Below are positions 36,419 to 45,534 of a stretch of 64,000 nt of DNA, piece by piece (the first letter of the stretch is position 1; the number at the start of each line of letters is the position of its first letter). A program made the translations under genes and the position numbers. The notes under the pieces were generated by a model. That model saw only the letters and a list, made by a program, of their open reading frames with translations. It was not told where the DNA came from and did no database searches. Source of the DNA: a bacterium. Its GTDB lineage: Bacteria; Actinomycetota; Coriobacteriia; Coriobacteriales; Eggerthellaceae. The stretch covers positions 65,450-129,449 of the forward strand of contig CAVDXU010000003.1 in the NCBI GenBank assembly GCA_963613135.1, given 5' to 3'.

Positions 36419-38535
36419 GGCCGTGACCCCGATATGCTCGAATGAACATCAATCAGCCTCTCCGCAAGCCGCTCGACGAAGCTAGGAGCGGCGTCTTTAA
36501 CCGCCTCGGGAAGGCTGATGGTGATGGGGATGGACGCCCCGCCGCCCCCGAAATCGAAAGAGGCGACCTCGATCGTTCCGTCAGACGATTCGATAGCATC
36601 GGATGCACGCGACCCCACAGCTCTGACCAGGGCCGCAAACGGATCATTCGACGCAAGCGGGTTCTCAACCGCAACCTTCTTCAACTCAAGCAGCCGTGCC
36701 GAGAAAGCCCCATCGTCGCTTGACGCAACATGCGCCGTGCTCACGACTACCGGGCGCAGGGCATCCAGGTTCGCCGGGGCAAAACCAGCCGCCTCGACAA
36801 CGGACGAGAACGTGGATGCCGCCCAGGTCCCCAATCCGCTCGGGCCGGCAAGCGGCACGGAATTGAGCCCGTCACGAATCGCGCCCTCGAGAGCTTCCTG
36901 ACCGCCCCCATACACCTCGAGCATCCCCGACCACACATCGAGTACCACGCCCGCCGCGCCAAGCGCAGACCCTTTATCCTTCAGGCCGTCGGTGAGCGAG
37001 GCGATGACGCTTTTCCCTTCGCCTGACGGATCAGCGATAAGCGTGGCGGCGGAAATCGACACCCGCGCCCCGAGATTGCCGGTCGCCTTGACGAACGTTG
37101 ACTCGAATCCCTTTGCGGGAGCATCCTCTCCCGTATTCGCGACAAGCACCACCACCCCGTTCGAACCTGGCGGATTCGCGTCGATGCGCATCTTCGCCGC
37201 ATGCGAAAGCAAATTCCCTATCGCGTCGAAGACGCCGCCTGCACGCCGTTTCACCTCCGATTTCGCCGGGCGGGCACGTTCAAGCGCATCCTGATAATCC
37301 TGTGCAGCACGGGCGACGCAGGCATAGTGGTACTCGAAACCGTTTTCGATCGCGCTCGAGGCAGCCGCGACCTTGCCCATGCTCGATCGAGAGAAGCCGC
37401 ATTGCGAACAGGGCACATAACCGTCATCCGGAATGTCCTGTATAGACGCCGATCCCTGCGCCCCCGATGCATTCGGGCAGCCATCCCAGGCATGCAAGGT
37501 CGTCTTCCCATCCTCGACGGTGCAGGGGTACACCCGATCGGTATACAAGGACGTATCCTGCACCTCGGAGGCGTTCTTCGGCACCGTCGGAAAATAGCAG
37601 ACGAAACTGTCCCCGAGATCATGCGCGTAAGCCTGCGCGATCATGTCGCACGCATATGCGTAGAAACGCTTGCGCAGGGCTGATTCCGCCTGCTCCCCCA
37701 CCGAAGACCCCGTCGGCGCCTCCTGAGCCAAACGCCGTGGATAGTACGCTTTCGCACGGTTGACCGCCACCAAGAACGACCAGGTGTCAATGCTTGAATA
37801 CAGCGGGTTATCCGAGCCCGCAAGCCCTGCCAACGTCGCCGCGCGTTCCGCCATGCAATACGCCGGATAGACGCCGCAATCGTGCTCGAACGCCTCCTGC
37901 TTCGCGCGCTGCGCATCTTTTGCCGCATCATCGGCGATGCGAGCCTGCTCGCGAATCTCCGAAGCGTTATCCCTCGCCTCGTCCAGCGCATCGCTCAATG
38001 CGCCGTCATCGGTTGGCGCGGATATATCCGAAACCTCTGACGGAACCGACAAAGCCAGCGCGACATAGGATGAATCCCTTCCATTCGCCGCTGCGGTCGA
38101 AGCAGCCTCGACCGAGCATAGGAACGGCAACGCCTTCTGAACCCGGTTCAACCCGTCGGCCGCACGGCGCGAGAACTTGTCTCGAGCTTCGCCGATACGG
38201 TACGAAGATTCGAGGAGCTTCTCGCCGATCGATTGCCCCCCGGGGATGCACATCGCCGCAATCCCGATCCCGCATGCCGACGCGCTCGTCAAGCTGAGCG
38301 ACAGCACGACGGCATCGCACAGTCGCACCACGATCATGTACTCCGCAACCACGTTCTGCGCCGCCAAAGCGGAGGCATCGGCCACCGATTGCACGCGCGA
38401 TGAGATCGAATTCACGCGGTAGACCTGAGCTGACGAGAAAATAAGGGACAACGTCAGCAGCAGCGACAGCACGACGGAGAGCGTCGTCATGCCTTCCTCG
38501 TCCCGGAAAAGGGCTCTTCCCGTAAAACGCCTCAT
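36409..38535 (-). CDS. Large TadG-like pilus-associated protein
   Basis: DEEG|MTTLSVVLSLLL, QSVADASALAA Tad motif; 708 aa; Cys/His motif. Confidence 0.78.
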   Translation of the reverse strand: MRRFTGRALFRDEEGMTTLSVVLSLLLTLSLIFSSAQVYRVNSISSRVQSVADASALAAQNVVAEYMIVVRLCDAVVLSLSLTSASACGIGIAAMCIPGGQSIGEKLLESSYRIGEARDKFSRRAADGLNRVQKALPFLCSVEAASTAAANGRDSSYVALALSVPSEVSDISAPTDDGALSDALDEARDNASEIREQARIADDAAKDAQRAKQEAFEHDCGVYPAYCMAERAATLAGLAGSDNPLYSSIDTWSFLVAVNRAKAYYPRRLAQEAPTGSSVGEQAESALRKRFYAYACDMIAQAYAHDLGDSFVCYFPTVPKNASEVQDTSLYTDRVYPCTVEDGKTTLHAWDGCPNASGAQGSASIQDIPDDGYVPCSQCGFSRSSMGKVAAASSAIENGFEYHYACVARAAQDYQDALERARPAKSEVKRRAGGVFDAIGNLLSHAAKMRIDANPPGSNGVVVLVANTGEDAPAKGFESTFVKATGNLGARVSISAATLIADPSGEGKSVIASLTDGLKDKGSALGAAGVVLDVWSGMLEVYGGGQEALEGAIRDGLNSVPLAGPSGLGTWAASTFSSVVEAAGFAPANLDALRPVVVSTAHVASSDDGAFSARLLELKKVAVENPLASNDPFAALVRAVGSRASDAIESSDGTIEVASFDFGGGGASIPITISLPEAVKDAAPSFVERLAERLIDVHSSISGSRPWD

Positions 38536-39050
38536 CGCGCCCACGCCCCGATCCAATCTTTCGGGCTTGCGCCCTGAACGGCATTCGAAACCCAATCAGG
38601 CTGAGATTGCCGCGAATGCTCGACACGCACGGTCAACGTGCCGTCATCGTTCAAAGACCCGGCAAGCGCCGTGCCGATATCGAGCAGCGGCAAAGGTTTG
38701 ACACGACCGGAAATCGCGACGCGAACATGATCCGAGCATTCGTCTCCCTCGGTTTCGATCTCCCAAGAGCATTCGTCCCCATGAACATGGAAGCAATCCA
38801 CCGGTGGAATGGAGCCGAGCCGATGACGGATGAACGCGTCGACGGATCCCGACATGTCGCCCGAGACGTCGGTTTTCGTCATCAACAAGCGACAGGCATC
38901 CGTCGCGGCCGCCTGCATGACCATCCGGTCGTACAGGACGATTCCCGGCTGGATGAGCAGCAGAAGCACGCAGAACACGACCGGGATGAGAAACGCCGCC
39001 TCGACCGTTGCCTGACCTGCCTCCTCGCATCGCCCAAAAGCCCCGACCAT
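38532..39050 (-). CDS. TadE-like pseudopilin
   Basis: EAG|QATVEAAFLIPV..., MQAAA..ACR. Confidence 0.87.
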   Translation of the reverse strand: MVGAFGRCEEAGQATVEAAFLIPVVFCVLLLLIQPGIVLYDRMVMQAAATDACRLLMTKTDVSGDMSGSVDAFIRHRLGSIPPVDCFHVHGDECSWEIETEGDECSDHVRVAISGRVKPLPLLDIGTALAGSLNDDGTLTVRVEHSRQSQPDWVSNAVQGASPKDWIGAWAR

Positions 39051-39102
39051 GCTGAAACCTCCTTTCCACACGAACCTTTGATTAGGATCCGAAAGCCCTT
39101 GC

Positions 39103-39360
39103 TCAATACAGCAGCACGTCCGCTGCCGCCTGGGGGGATATGCCATGCACGTGATGAGACGCCGAAGACAGCGCATGCTCGACGAACATGCCGCCGGAAA
39201 TGCCGTGCCACATCGCGCCGAACCCCAGGCACAACGCGAGAAACGCAGCGGTAACGACCGCGAACTCAACCGTCGACTGGCCAACGTCGGGCGAGGGCAC
39301 CCACCTCAAGCCGTGCTTCGGTCGACGAATCCGCAACGCCCTCCGAGTCCTTCCTTGCAA
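39103..39360 (-). CDS. Small pilin-like protein
   Basis: VG|QSTVEFAVVTAAFLAL; TTG start with GGAGG SD (start uncertain). Confidence 0.78.
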   Translation of the reverse strand: MQGRTRRALRIRRPKHGLRWVPSPDVGQSTVEFAVVTAAFLALCLGFGAMWHGISGGMFVEHALSSASHHVHGISPQAAADVLLY

Positions 39361-39403
39361 TGCACGCCTCCGCTTGCGATAGCTTCGCTTTCGCAAGCGG
39401 AGC

Positions 39404-39619
39404 CTATAAGCTGTCAAACCCTGAAACGATCGCATCCCAAAGCTCCTGCAGCTTCGGTCGAAACAGCGTGATCGCAAGAATGGCTATCACCACGAGCACG
39501 CCGACCAGAATGGCATACTCGGTCGTGCCCTGGCCGTCCTCGCGCCTGCGCAGCGCACTGAACCGACACACCGCCTTCGCAAGGACGGAACGATACACAT
39601 CCATAACCGATTCCAACAT
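39404..39619 (-). CDS. flp: Flp family major pilin, set 1
   Basis: REDG|QGTTEYAILVGVLVVIAI canonical Flp motif (E+5, Y+6). Confidence 0.92.
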   Translation of the reverse strand: MLESVMDVYRSVLAKAVCRFSALRRREDGQGTTEYAILVGVLVVIAILAITLFRPKLQELWDAIVSGFDSL

Positions 39620-40549
39620 TTAGATTCCTCCCATCAATTCCAGCAAAACCGGCCCGAGCACCATGATCAGCATGGCCGGCAAAATCAACGTTCCCGTCGG
39701 TATCATCATTTTGACCGGGGCTTTCGCAACACGCTCCTCGACACGCGCCCGGCGTTCGGCTCGCGCCTGCGCCGCAGCCTGCTCAAGGCATTCGCCGAGC
39801 GCGGTACCGAAACGCAGCGATCTAACGACCGATGACATCGTGCGCGCGAAAAGGGGTGAATCGTACGAAGCCGCAAGAGCTTTCAATGCCTCCTCGCGCG
39901 TCGCCAAACCGAACGACCACGCTCTTTGAGCAGCCGCGCACTCACGCGCCAGCATGGAGTCGAAATGACTGGTATACAGCTCTAAGCTTCGATCGAACGA
40001 CAGGCCGCTTCGAACACCGAGCGCGATCACCTCGAGCATCTCCGACATACCTTTCTCCAAGGCCAAAGATCGGGCCTCGGCAAGCGCCGCAAGCGTTCGG
40101 CGAGGCAAAGTGAGTCCCCAAAACGCGCCGACGACAAGGCCGAGAAGCGCAAGCTCGTTCGAGATCGTGCATCCGACCAAGCCGCAAACCGCAGCCCCCG
40201 CGAACGCGAACCGAAGCATCGTTTCGACATAAGCATCCTCGCCTACCTCAACCGACGACCCCACGGTTGAAACCGCATTCGCAAAGCGCCCGCGAGCACC
40301 GCTGAACAGCCGCTTCGAAGCGATCGGCTTCATCGTCCGCGCAGCAAGGCATCTGCTTATCGTGACCATGCGCCGCAAACACCAGGCCGTATCCCAACCA
40401 AGATGATTCGCTGCGGGAACATCGGGAGCGCGCGCCCGCGCTCGGGAACCGCGCCGGGCAACCCGCCTGGCAACCGATGTGGCGACAAGCGCGCCCGACA
40501 CACCTGAAAGCAACACCGCGACCACCGAAAGCAAACCTACCGAGTTCAT
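39620..40549 (-). CDS. tadC: TadC (T2SSF family), set 1
   Basis: SGLSFD, FGT.L...L, KAPVKMMIP..LILPA. Confidence 0.88.
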   Translation of the reverse strand: MNSVGLLSVVAVLLSGVSGALVATSVARRVARRGSRARARAPDVPAANHLGWDTAWCLRRMVTISRCLAARTMKPIASKRLFSGARGRFANAVSTVGSSVEVGEDAYVETMLRFAFAGAAVCGLVGCTISNELALLGLVVGAFWGLTLPRRTLAALAEARSLALEKGMSEMLEVIALGVRSGLSFDRSLELYTSHFDSMLARECAAAQRAWSFGLATREEALKALAASYDSPLFARTMSSVVRSLRFGTALGECLEQAAAQARAERRARVEERVAKAPVKMMIPTGTLILPAMLIMVLGPVLLELMGGI

Positions 40550-41502
40550 CACGCCACCTCCACGGCCAGCATCCGGCGAACGGCCAAAACGCCCGCAGTC
40601 TCCATCGCAATCGCAAGCGAAAGAAGGCCCATGCCGGCGATACTCGTGAAGAATGGTTCCAAAAACCCATCGCTGATCAGCGAGAACAATGCCACCAAAA
40701 GAAACGGCATCGCCGTCACCACACGAGCGGACAAGCGAGCCTGGGCCGTTTGCACCTTCAGCGAGCGGCGAAGCTCGCACTCGCCCTCGACCGTATCGCG
40801 CGCCGCATCCAAAACCTGCCGCATGCTGCCGCCCGCCTCATGCTGCACATCGAGCGCAACCGCAATGAAGGCAAGCTCGGAAGACGTGTCGCCACGGCGG
40901 ATCTCGCTGATCGCCGACGATGCCGGCTGACCCGTCTCAAGCCTGTTCGCCGCCGACAAAAAGCGCTTTCCCAACGGCCCTTTCGTTTCGCTTGCCAGCT
41001 GACGGAAAGTCTGAAGCAGGGAAAACCCGGCCTGAAAGCATGCGCTCATCGCATGAAGCGCATCCGGCACCGCATCGCGCAGAGCCTCGCAACCCTTCTC
41101 AGCTCGCGATCGCACCCGGGATGCCGCCAATACCGCAAGCAGCGCTGGAACCGCAAGAGCCGCAACCGGTGACTGCGCGATCGCCCCCGCAACCAGCGCC
41201 GAAAGCGCGCATGCCCCGAATAGCGACGACAGGGATTCTTCGGCGGAAAGCCGGATCCCGCGATCACCCAGCAAACCGCTCAAGCCCGTCGCGAGCGAAG
41301 CCACCCGCTCATTGCGCGATAAGGCGGTGGCGATCGGAAGCATCGGCTTCGCCAGCTTTCTCAGCGCGAACCGGCCTTTCCCTTCCTTGCGACCCGCACG
41401 ACGGGCGCCGTTGGCGATGCCGTTGCCCACGCGCCAGGCAAGCGTAGCCCCGCAGGCAAACGCAAGCGCCATCGCTATGCAGCATTCAAATTCCTGCGCC
41501 AT
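40549..41502 (-). CDS. tadB: TadB (T2SSF family), set 1
   Basis: VPDAL..AGFSL.Q, QHEAGG.M..VLD, TAQARLSARVV..MP. Confidence 0.9.
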   Translation of the reverse strand: MAQEFECCIAMALAFACGATLAWRVGNGIANGARRAGRKEGKGRFALRKLAKPMLPIATALSRNERVASLATGLSGLLGDRGIRLSAEESLSSLFGACALSALVAGAIAQSPVAALAVPALLAVLAASRVRSRAEKGCEALRDAVPDALHAMSACFQAGFSLLQTFRQLASETKGPLGKRFLSAANRLETGQPASSAISEIRRGDTSSELAFIAVALDVQHEAGGSMRQVLDAARDTVEGECELRRSLKVQTAQARLSARVVTAMPFLLVALFSLISDGFLEPFFTSIAGMGLLSLAIAMETAGVLAVRRMLAVEVA

Positions 41503-42797
41503 GCTTCCACCTCCTCGTCGTCTATTCCGCACGAACGCGGCAGATCATCGATCCATGCGGGAACCGCCAGCCAGCACCCGGCATGCTGCGAAGCGTCTCG
41601 GGAGAACAGCTGCTTCACCGTGCAAGCGCGCCGCGCCCCATCGAAGGAAAGCTCCGCGACCTCGCTCACGAAACGATGGCCATCGAGGGCGCGCGCCGTT
41701 TGCACGACGACATCGAATGCGCTCGCAGCGTTCGCCTCTATGACATCGACCGGCAAGTCGACCCCATAGCGAACCATGGTCACCAGACGGGAGAGCACAT
41801 CGCTCGGCGAATTCGCATGCAACGTGGTGAGGGATCCATCATGCCCGGTCAGCATTGCCTGGAGCATGTCGGTGGCCTCCGCCCCGCGGCATTCCCCGAC
41901 GACGATGCGGTCCGGGCGCATGCGCAATGCGTTGATCACCAGATCTCGAATGGTCACCTCGCCGGCACCCTCGGCGTTTCGCGGCCGAGCCTCAAGCCTC
42001 ACCACATGAGGGTGCTCCAGAAAGCGAAGCTCTACCGTATCCTCTATGGTCACGATGCGCTCCCCTTCGGGAATGCAGCATGACATGGCGTTGAGCAGCG
42101 TCGTCTTGCCCGACCCGGTGCCTCCGGATACCACGATGTTCTTCCGCGCCCGAACCGCCCAAGTCAGAAACGTCCTCATCGACTCATCCATCGAACCCGA
42201 GCGAACCATTTCCTCCAACGTGATCACGCGGTCGCTGAACTTGCGAATGGTCACCACCGGGCCGTCTGGGGCAAGCGGTGGAATGATCACATGCACGCGG
42301 TGTCCTTCCGGCAACCGGGCGTTAACCATCGGCGACGATTCATCGATGCGCCGTCCCAGCGGGCCGAGCACGCGATCGATCAGAGCCCGTAGATCCGACG
42401 CATCCGCAAACGATCGATCGAACTTCATCAACCGGCCTTCGCGCTCGAAGAACACGTCGGCAGGACCGTTGATCATGATCTCGGTAACGGATGGGTCCTC
42501 TAAAAGCTCCTCGATCGGCCCGAATCCCATCACCTCGTCGAGCAAAGCGCGCGAGAGTTCACGTCTGCGAGATTCGGCGACATCGCGCCACGCTTCAAGC
42601 TGGAACGCCTGACGGCATGCACCGAGTAGCTCGCTGCGAGCTTGACCTGGCCGAACCGCCAGCAACCGTGCGATTTCATCGGTCGTGACGAAGCGCGCTA
42701 TGTCCTCTTTCAGGTGCGGCAGCGTCATCCCCGCCGTCGCCGTCGCAGGCGCTTTGTCATCGATCATCTGCGCTTGCACTCGTTTCGCCAACGACAT
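41475..42797 (-). CDS. tadA: CpaF/TadA pilus assembly ATPase, set 1
   Basis: [63 protein letters not shown]. Confidence 0.95.
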   Translation of the reverse strand: MSLAKRVQAQMIDDKAPATATAGMTLPHLKEDIARFVTTDEIARLLAVRPGQARSELLGACRQAFQLEAWRDVAESRRRELSRALLDEVMGFGPIEELLEDPSVTEIMINGPADVFFEREGRLMKFDRSFADASDLRALIDRVLGPLGRRIDESSPMVNARLPEGHRVHVIIPPLAPDGPVVTIRKFSDRVITLEEMVRSGSMDESMRTFLTWAVRARKNIVVSGGTGSGKTTLLNAMSCCIPEGERIVTIEDTVELRFLEHPHVVRLEARPRNAEGAGEVTIRDLVINALRMRPDRIVVGECRGAEATDMLQAMLTGHDGSLTTLHANSPSDVLSRLVTMVRYGVDLPVDVIEANAASAFDVVVQTARALDGHRFVSEVAELSFDGARRACTVKQLFSRDASQHAGCWLAVPAWIDDLPRSCGIDDEEVEAWRRNLNAA

Positions 42798-42798
42798 A

Positions 42799-44364
42799 TC
42801 AGCCACGCTTCCTACGCCGCGGCTTCTTTCCTCGGAAAAGAGACCCGGAGGTGCCAGGCTGCTGCCCGCCGTCACGCAAACGCTGCGCCATCTCATCGGG
42901 AAGCATATCGGCAAGCACTTCGATCAAGCTTGAAGCAAGCTCGTTTCGCGAATCGATGAGCTCAAGCGGTGCCGCGGCAGCAAGCAAATCCTCGACGTCG
43001 GGGCCTCCATCGCGCAACTCGCGAATCTCCGCCCCCTTCAAAGCGCACGATACGTCGATCGATGTAAGCGGAGCCCCTTTCCCGCATCCGTTCAAGGCGA
43101 ACACGAACGGGTTCACAGCGATTCCGCAGCGCGTGCAAAGATCGATGGCGCGACGGGTGGCACGGATGGACGTTTGCCGCTGATCAACCAGGAAAAGCAC
43201 TTTCGAGCTGCACTCGAGCAGCACGGCATGCTGCTCCGCCCACGCTGCTCCGGTATTCGCGATGACGACGTCGAAGCGACCACGCAGCGCCTCGATCAAC
43301 TCCCCCGCCTGTTCCGCGACGGCCTCGGCGGAGTCGACGTGCGCAGGTGCCGCCAGCAAAGCCGGTATGCTGCCCTCGCTCTTCAAGGCATCCAGACGCG
43401 AAGGCTGAACCAATAGCTCGTCGATGCGCAGCGGGCGCTCCACGCCCGCAAGCTCCGCCATATCGCCGAACTGCAGATCGAAATCGAGCAACAACGTGTT
43501 GATACCGGCCGCCTGCAGCAAATACGCCGAAAGCAATGCGATCGCGCTCTTCCCGCAGCCCCCGCTTGCGCTCACAACCGGGAGCAGTAGTCCGGTTTTC
43601 CTGCGATCGGCAGAGCCCGCAGACCCCAGCGCGCCCGCAGAGCCCGCACCGGCAAACGAAGAAGCCGCTCGAGAAGACCCGCTGGCGCCGAATGCCGTCG
43701 AACCTGCAGCACCCAGCACCCCCGCCGCCTCAAGCGCCACCGACGCTACCGCCGGCGCCGGAGCAGTCCCCGCGCCGGGAACCGCCCCGGCGATTCCGCT
43801 CATCCCGCATGGGCCGCCTGCCGCGTTCGGGGCAACGGCACCGCCGAAACCCCCATCCCGCGACGACGTCGCGACCTGCCCCGGAGCGCACTGCCCCTCG
43901 TGACCGGGAAAGGGAGCCGCCATTGCAGCGCCCACCTTGCCCCTTTCTTGCGCGTAAAGCGATCCCGGCATAGCCGAAACCCCGAACGCCCCGCTCGCCG
44001 CCATTTGCTTGCAACGCGCATACCGTTCCACGAATGCCTGCGGCGACAGCGATGCATCGATTCCCGCAGCCGAGGAGCGGCTACGCAGCGATCCCGAATC
44101 CTGCGCGGTAAGCATGCATACCCGCCGGCCCGCTCGATCGCTTTTCAGCGTCGCAGCGAGATTGATCGGCGCGATGGGGCCGCACGCCGCAACCCAAACC
44201 TCCTGAATGCTCGAATCGCGGCCAAGGTATAAGCGGGCATCTTCCGCCGTCGTCAACAACGCGAGCCATCGCTGTGCCGCGAGGTTTTCCCCGGCAAGCC
44301 CGAGCATCTCCGGGTTTCTCACGCTTTCCTCGTCCGCAACGAGCGCCACTACCGGCATCGTCAT
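42799..44364 (-). CDS. CpaE/TadZ-like MinD/ParA-type ATPase with degenerate receiver-like N-terminus
   Basis: SASGGCGKS deviant Walker A, LLDFDLQFGD; long Ala/Gly linker; SD AAAGGAG. Confidence 0.85.
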   Translation of the reverse strand: MTMPVVALVADEESVRNPEMLGLAGENLAAQRWLALLTTAEDARLYLGRDSSIQEVWVAACGPIAPINLAATLKSDRAGRRVCMLTAQDSGSLRSRSSAAGIDASLSPQAFVERYARCKQMAASGAFGVSAMPGSLYAQERGKVGAAMAAPFPGHEGQCAPGQVATSSRDGGFGGAVAPNAAGGPCGMSGIAGAVPGAGTAPAPAVASVALEAAGVLGAAGSTAFGASGSSRAASSFAGAGSAGALGSAGSADRRKTGLLLPVVSASGGCGKSAIALLSAYLLQAAGINTLLLDFDLQFGDMAELAGVERPLRIDELLVQPSRLDALKSEGSIPALLAAPAHVDSAEAVAEQAGELIEALRGRFDVVIANTGAAWAEQHAVLLECSSKVLFLVDQRQTSIRATRRAIDLCTRCGIAVNPFVFALNGCGKGAPLTSIDVSCALKGAEIRELRDGGPDVEDLLAAAAPLELIDSRNELASSLIEVLADMLPDEMAQRLRDGGQQPGTSGSLFRGKKPRRRKRG

Positions 44365-44396
44365 GGATCGTCTCCTTTCCTGCAAGCAAACCTGCT

Positions 44397-45041
44397 TTAT
44401 TTCGATTGCGCCCCTGGAAGCGTCAAATACAGTTCGGTCTTCTGCGATGCCGCCACGAGTTCCTCAACCTGCTCGGGTTTTGACGACAGCGTTACCCAGG
44501 AAACCTTCGCGGAGGACGTCCCCTCCGACGATCCGGCGGACGTTGCAAGAACCTGCACATCGTGCGCAAGCGCCTTCGTCCCGGAGTCGCCCGTCGCATA
44601 GACGTCGACCAAATCACCCGCGCACACCGCCCCGCCAACTGCCTGGACGTCTTTTACGGGAATGCTGATGGCGCACATTCCGTCGGGCACATCGACCTTT
44701 GATGCACCGGCGCCGAACCTGCGATCGGTCAACACCTCTCCCGCTAGCACTAAAGCCGATGCTTTCGACCCGACAACCTCGCTAGCCGACCGAACGGCAC
44801 CAGCCGGCAGCAGATCGGCGACCCACAGCTTCGTTTCAACCATCGAAGCATCAACCGTCTCGCCTGCTGCGATATCGCGTTTCGCAACGCAGATCTCAAC
44901 CTGATCCCCGCCGTAACGGGCTAGCGCGTCGGCCCTAGCCTGATCCGCCTCCCCACGCACGCCCTGCGTGTACACGAACACGCAGGCTGCGCAGGCGATG
45001 CCGCAAACGATGCCGACGATTATCGATTTATTTCTTCTCAC
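44397..45041 (-). CDS. cpaB: Flp pilus assembly protein CpaB/RcpC, set 1
   Basis: TM, VAKRDIAAGE SAF domain, VPDGMCAISIP..AVGG...GD.VDVY, DVQVLA; SD GAGGAGG. Confidence 0.9.
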   Translation of the reverse strand: MRRNKSIIVGIVCGIACAACVFVYTQGVRGEADQARADALARYGGDQVEICVAKRDIAAGETVDASMVETKLWVADLLPAGAVRSASEVVGSKASALVLAGEVLTDRRFGAGASKVDVPDGMCAISIPVKDVQAVGGAVCAGDLVDVYATGDSGTKALAHDVQVLATSAGSSEGTSSAKVSWVTLSSKPEQVEELVAASQKTELYLTLPGAQSK

Positions 45042-45120
45042 GTGGCCTCCTCGAAATCATTGCGATGACGAGTATGCCCGGCGGATATTGCGCCTCGCAT
45101 GCCATTCATTCCGCTGAACG

Positions 45121-45147
45121 TTGCATCCAGCTTGCACATAGCTTGCA
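45121..45147. promoter_or_regulatory. Three TTGCA direct repeats at 11-bp period upstream of tad operon
   Basis: TTGCA at 45121, 45132, 45143. Confidence 0.5.
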
Positions 45148-45220
45148 AATCCGCTCGTATGCAATTTTTGCGAACTCGGTTTTCTTATGCGAAAATCTAC
45201 TTCGCTCGAATCGAGCATAC

Positions 45221-45295
45221 GGCCGGTTGGCGCAGCGGGAGCGCAGGTGCCTTACAAGCACAAGGTCACAGGTTCAAATCCTGTACCGGCCACCA
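45221..45295 (+). tRNA. tRNA-Val (TAC)
   Basis: GGCCGGT..GTGC-CTTACAA-GCAC..GGTTCAAATCC..ACCGGCCACCA. Confidence 0.96.
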
Positions 45296-45304
45296 GAAAC
45301 GGCA

Positions 45305-45337
45305 ATGGCCAGGGGCGAAAGCCTCTGGCCATTTTTC
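45305..45337 (+). terminator. Intrinsic terminator after tRNA-Val
   Basis: AATGGCCAGGGGC-GAAA-GCCTCTGGCCATT-TTT. Confidence 0.85.
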
Positions 45338-45534
45338 AATAAGATCAGGATATAAGGAAAAGGCACGGGGACTGTCGAGATATAGACGTACAGGCAGGAG
45401 CGTACCTCAAGCCACTTGTCTCCATAAGGCCCGGGCTCGCCGCCCCGGCAAGCTTTGACCGCACCGCAATTGCAAAACGCGCGACACGGCGCACTCGCAT
45501 GGGAAAGCTCGCCTTATCCCACGAGAGGACGGTA

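Noticed and set aside
24744..45295. Tad locus as a tRNA-integrated genomic island
   Set aside because: It lies at the 5' side of tRNA-Val; no integrase, transposase or duplicated tRNA 3' end (att) seen
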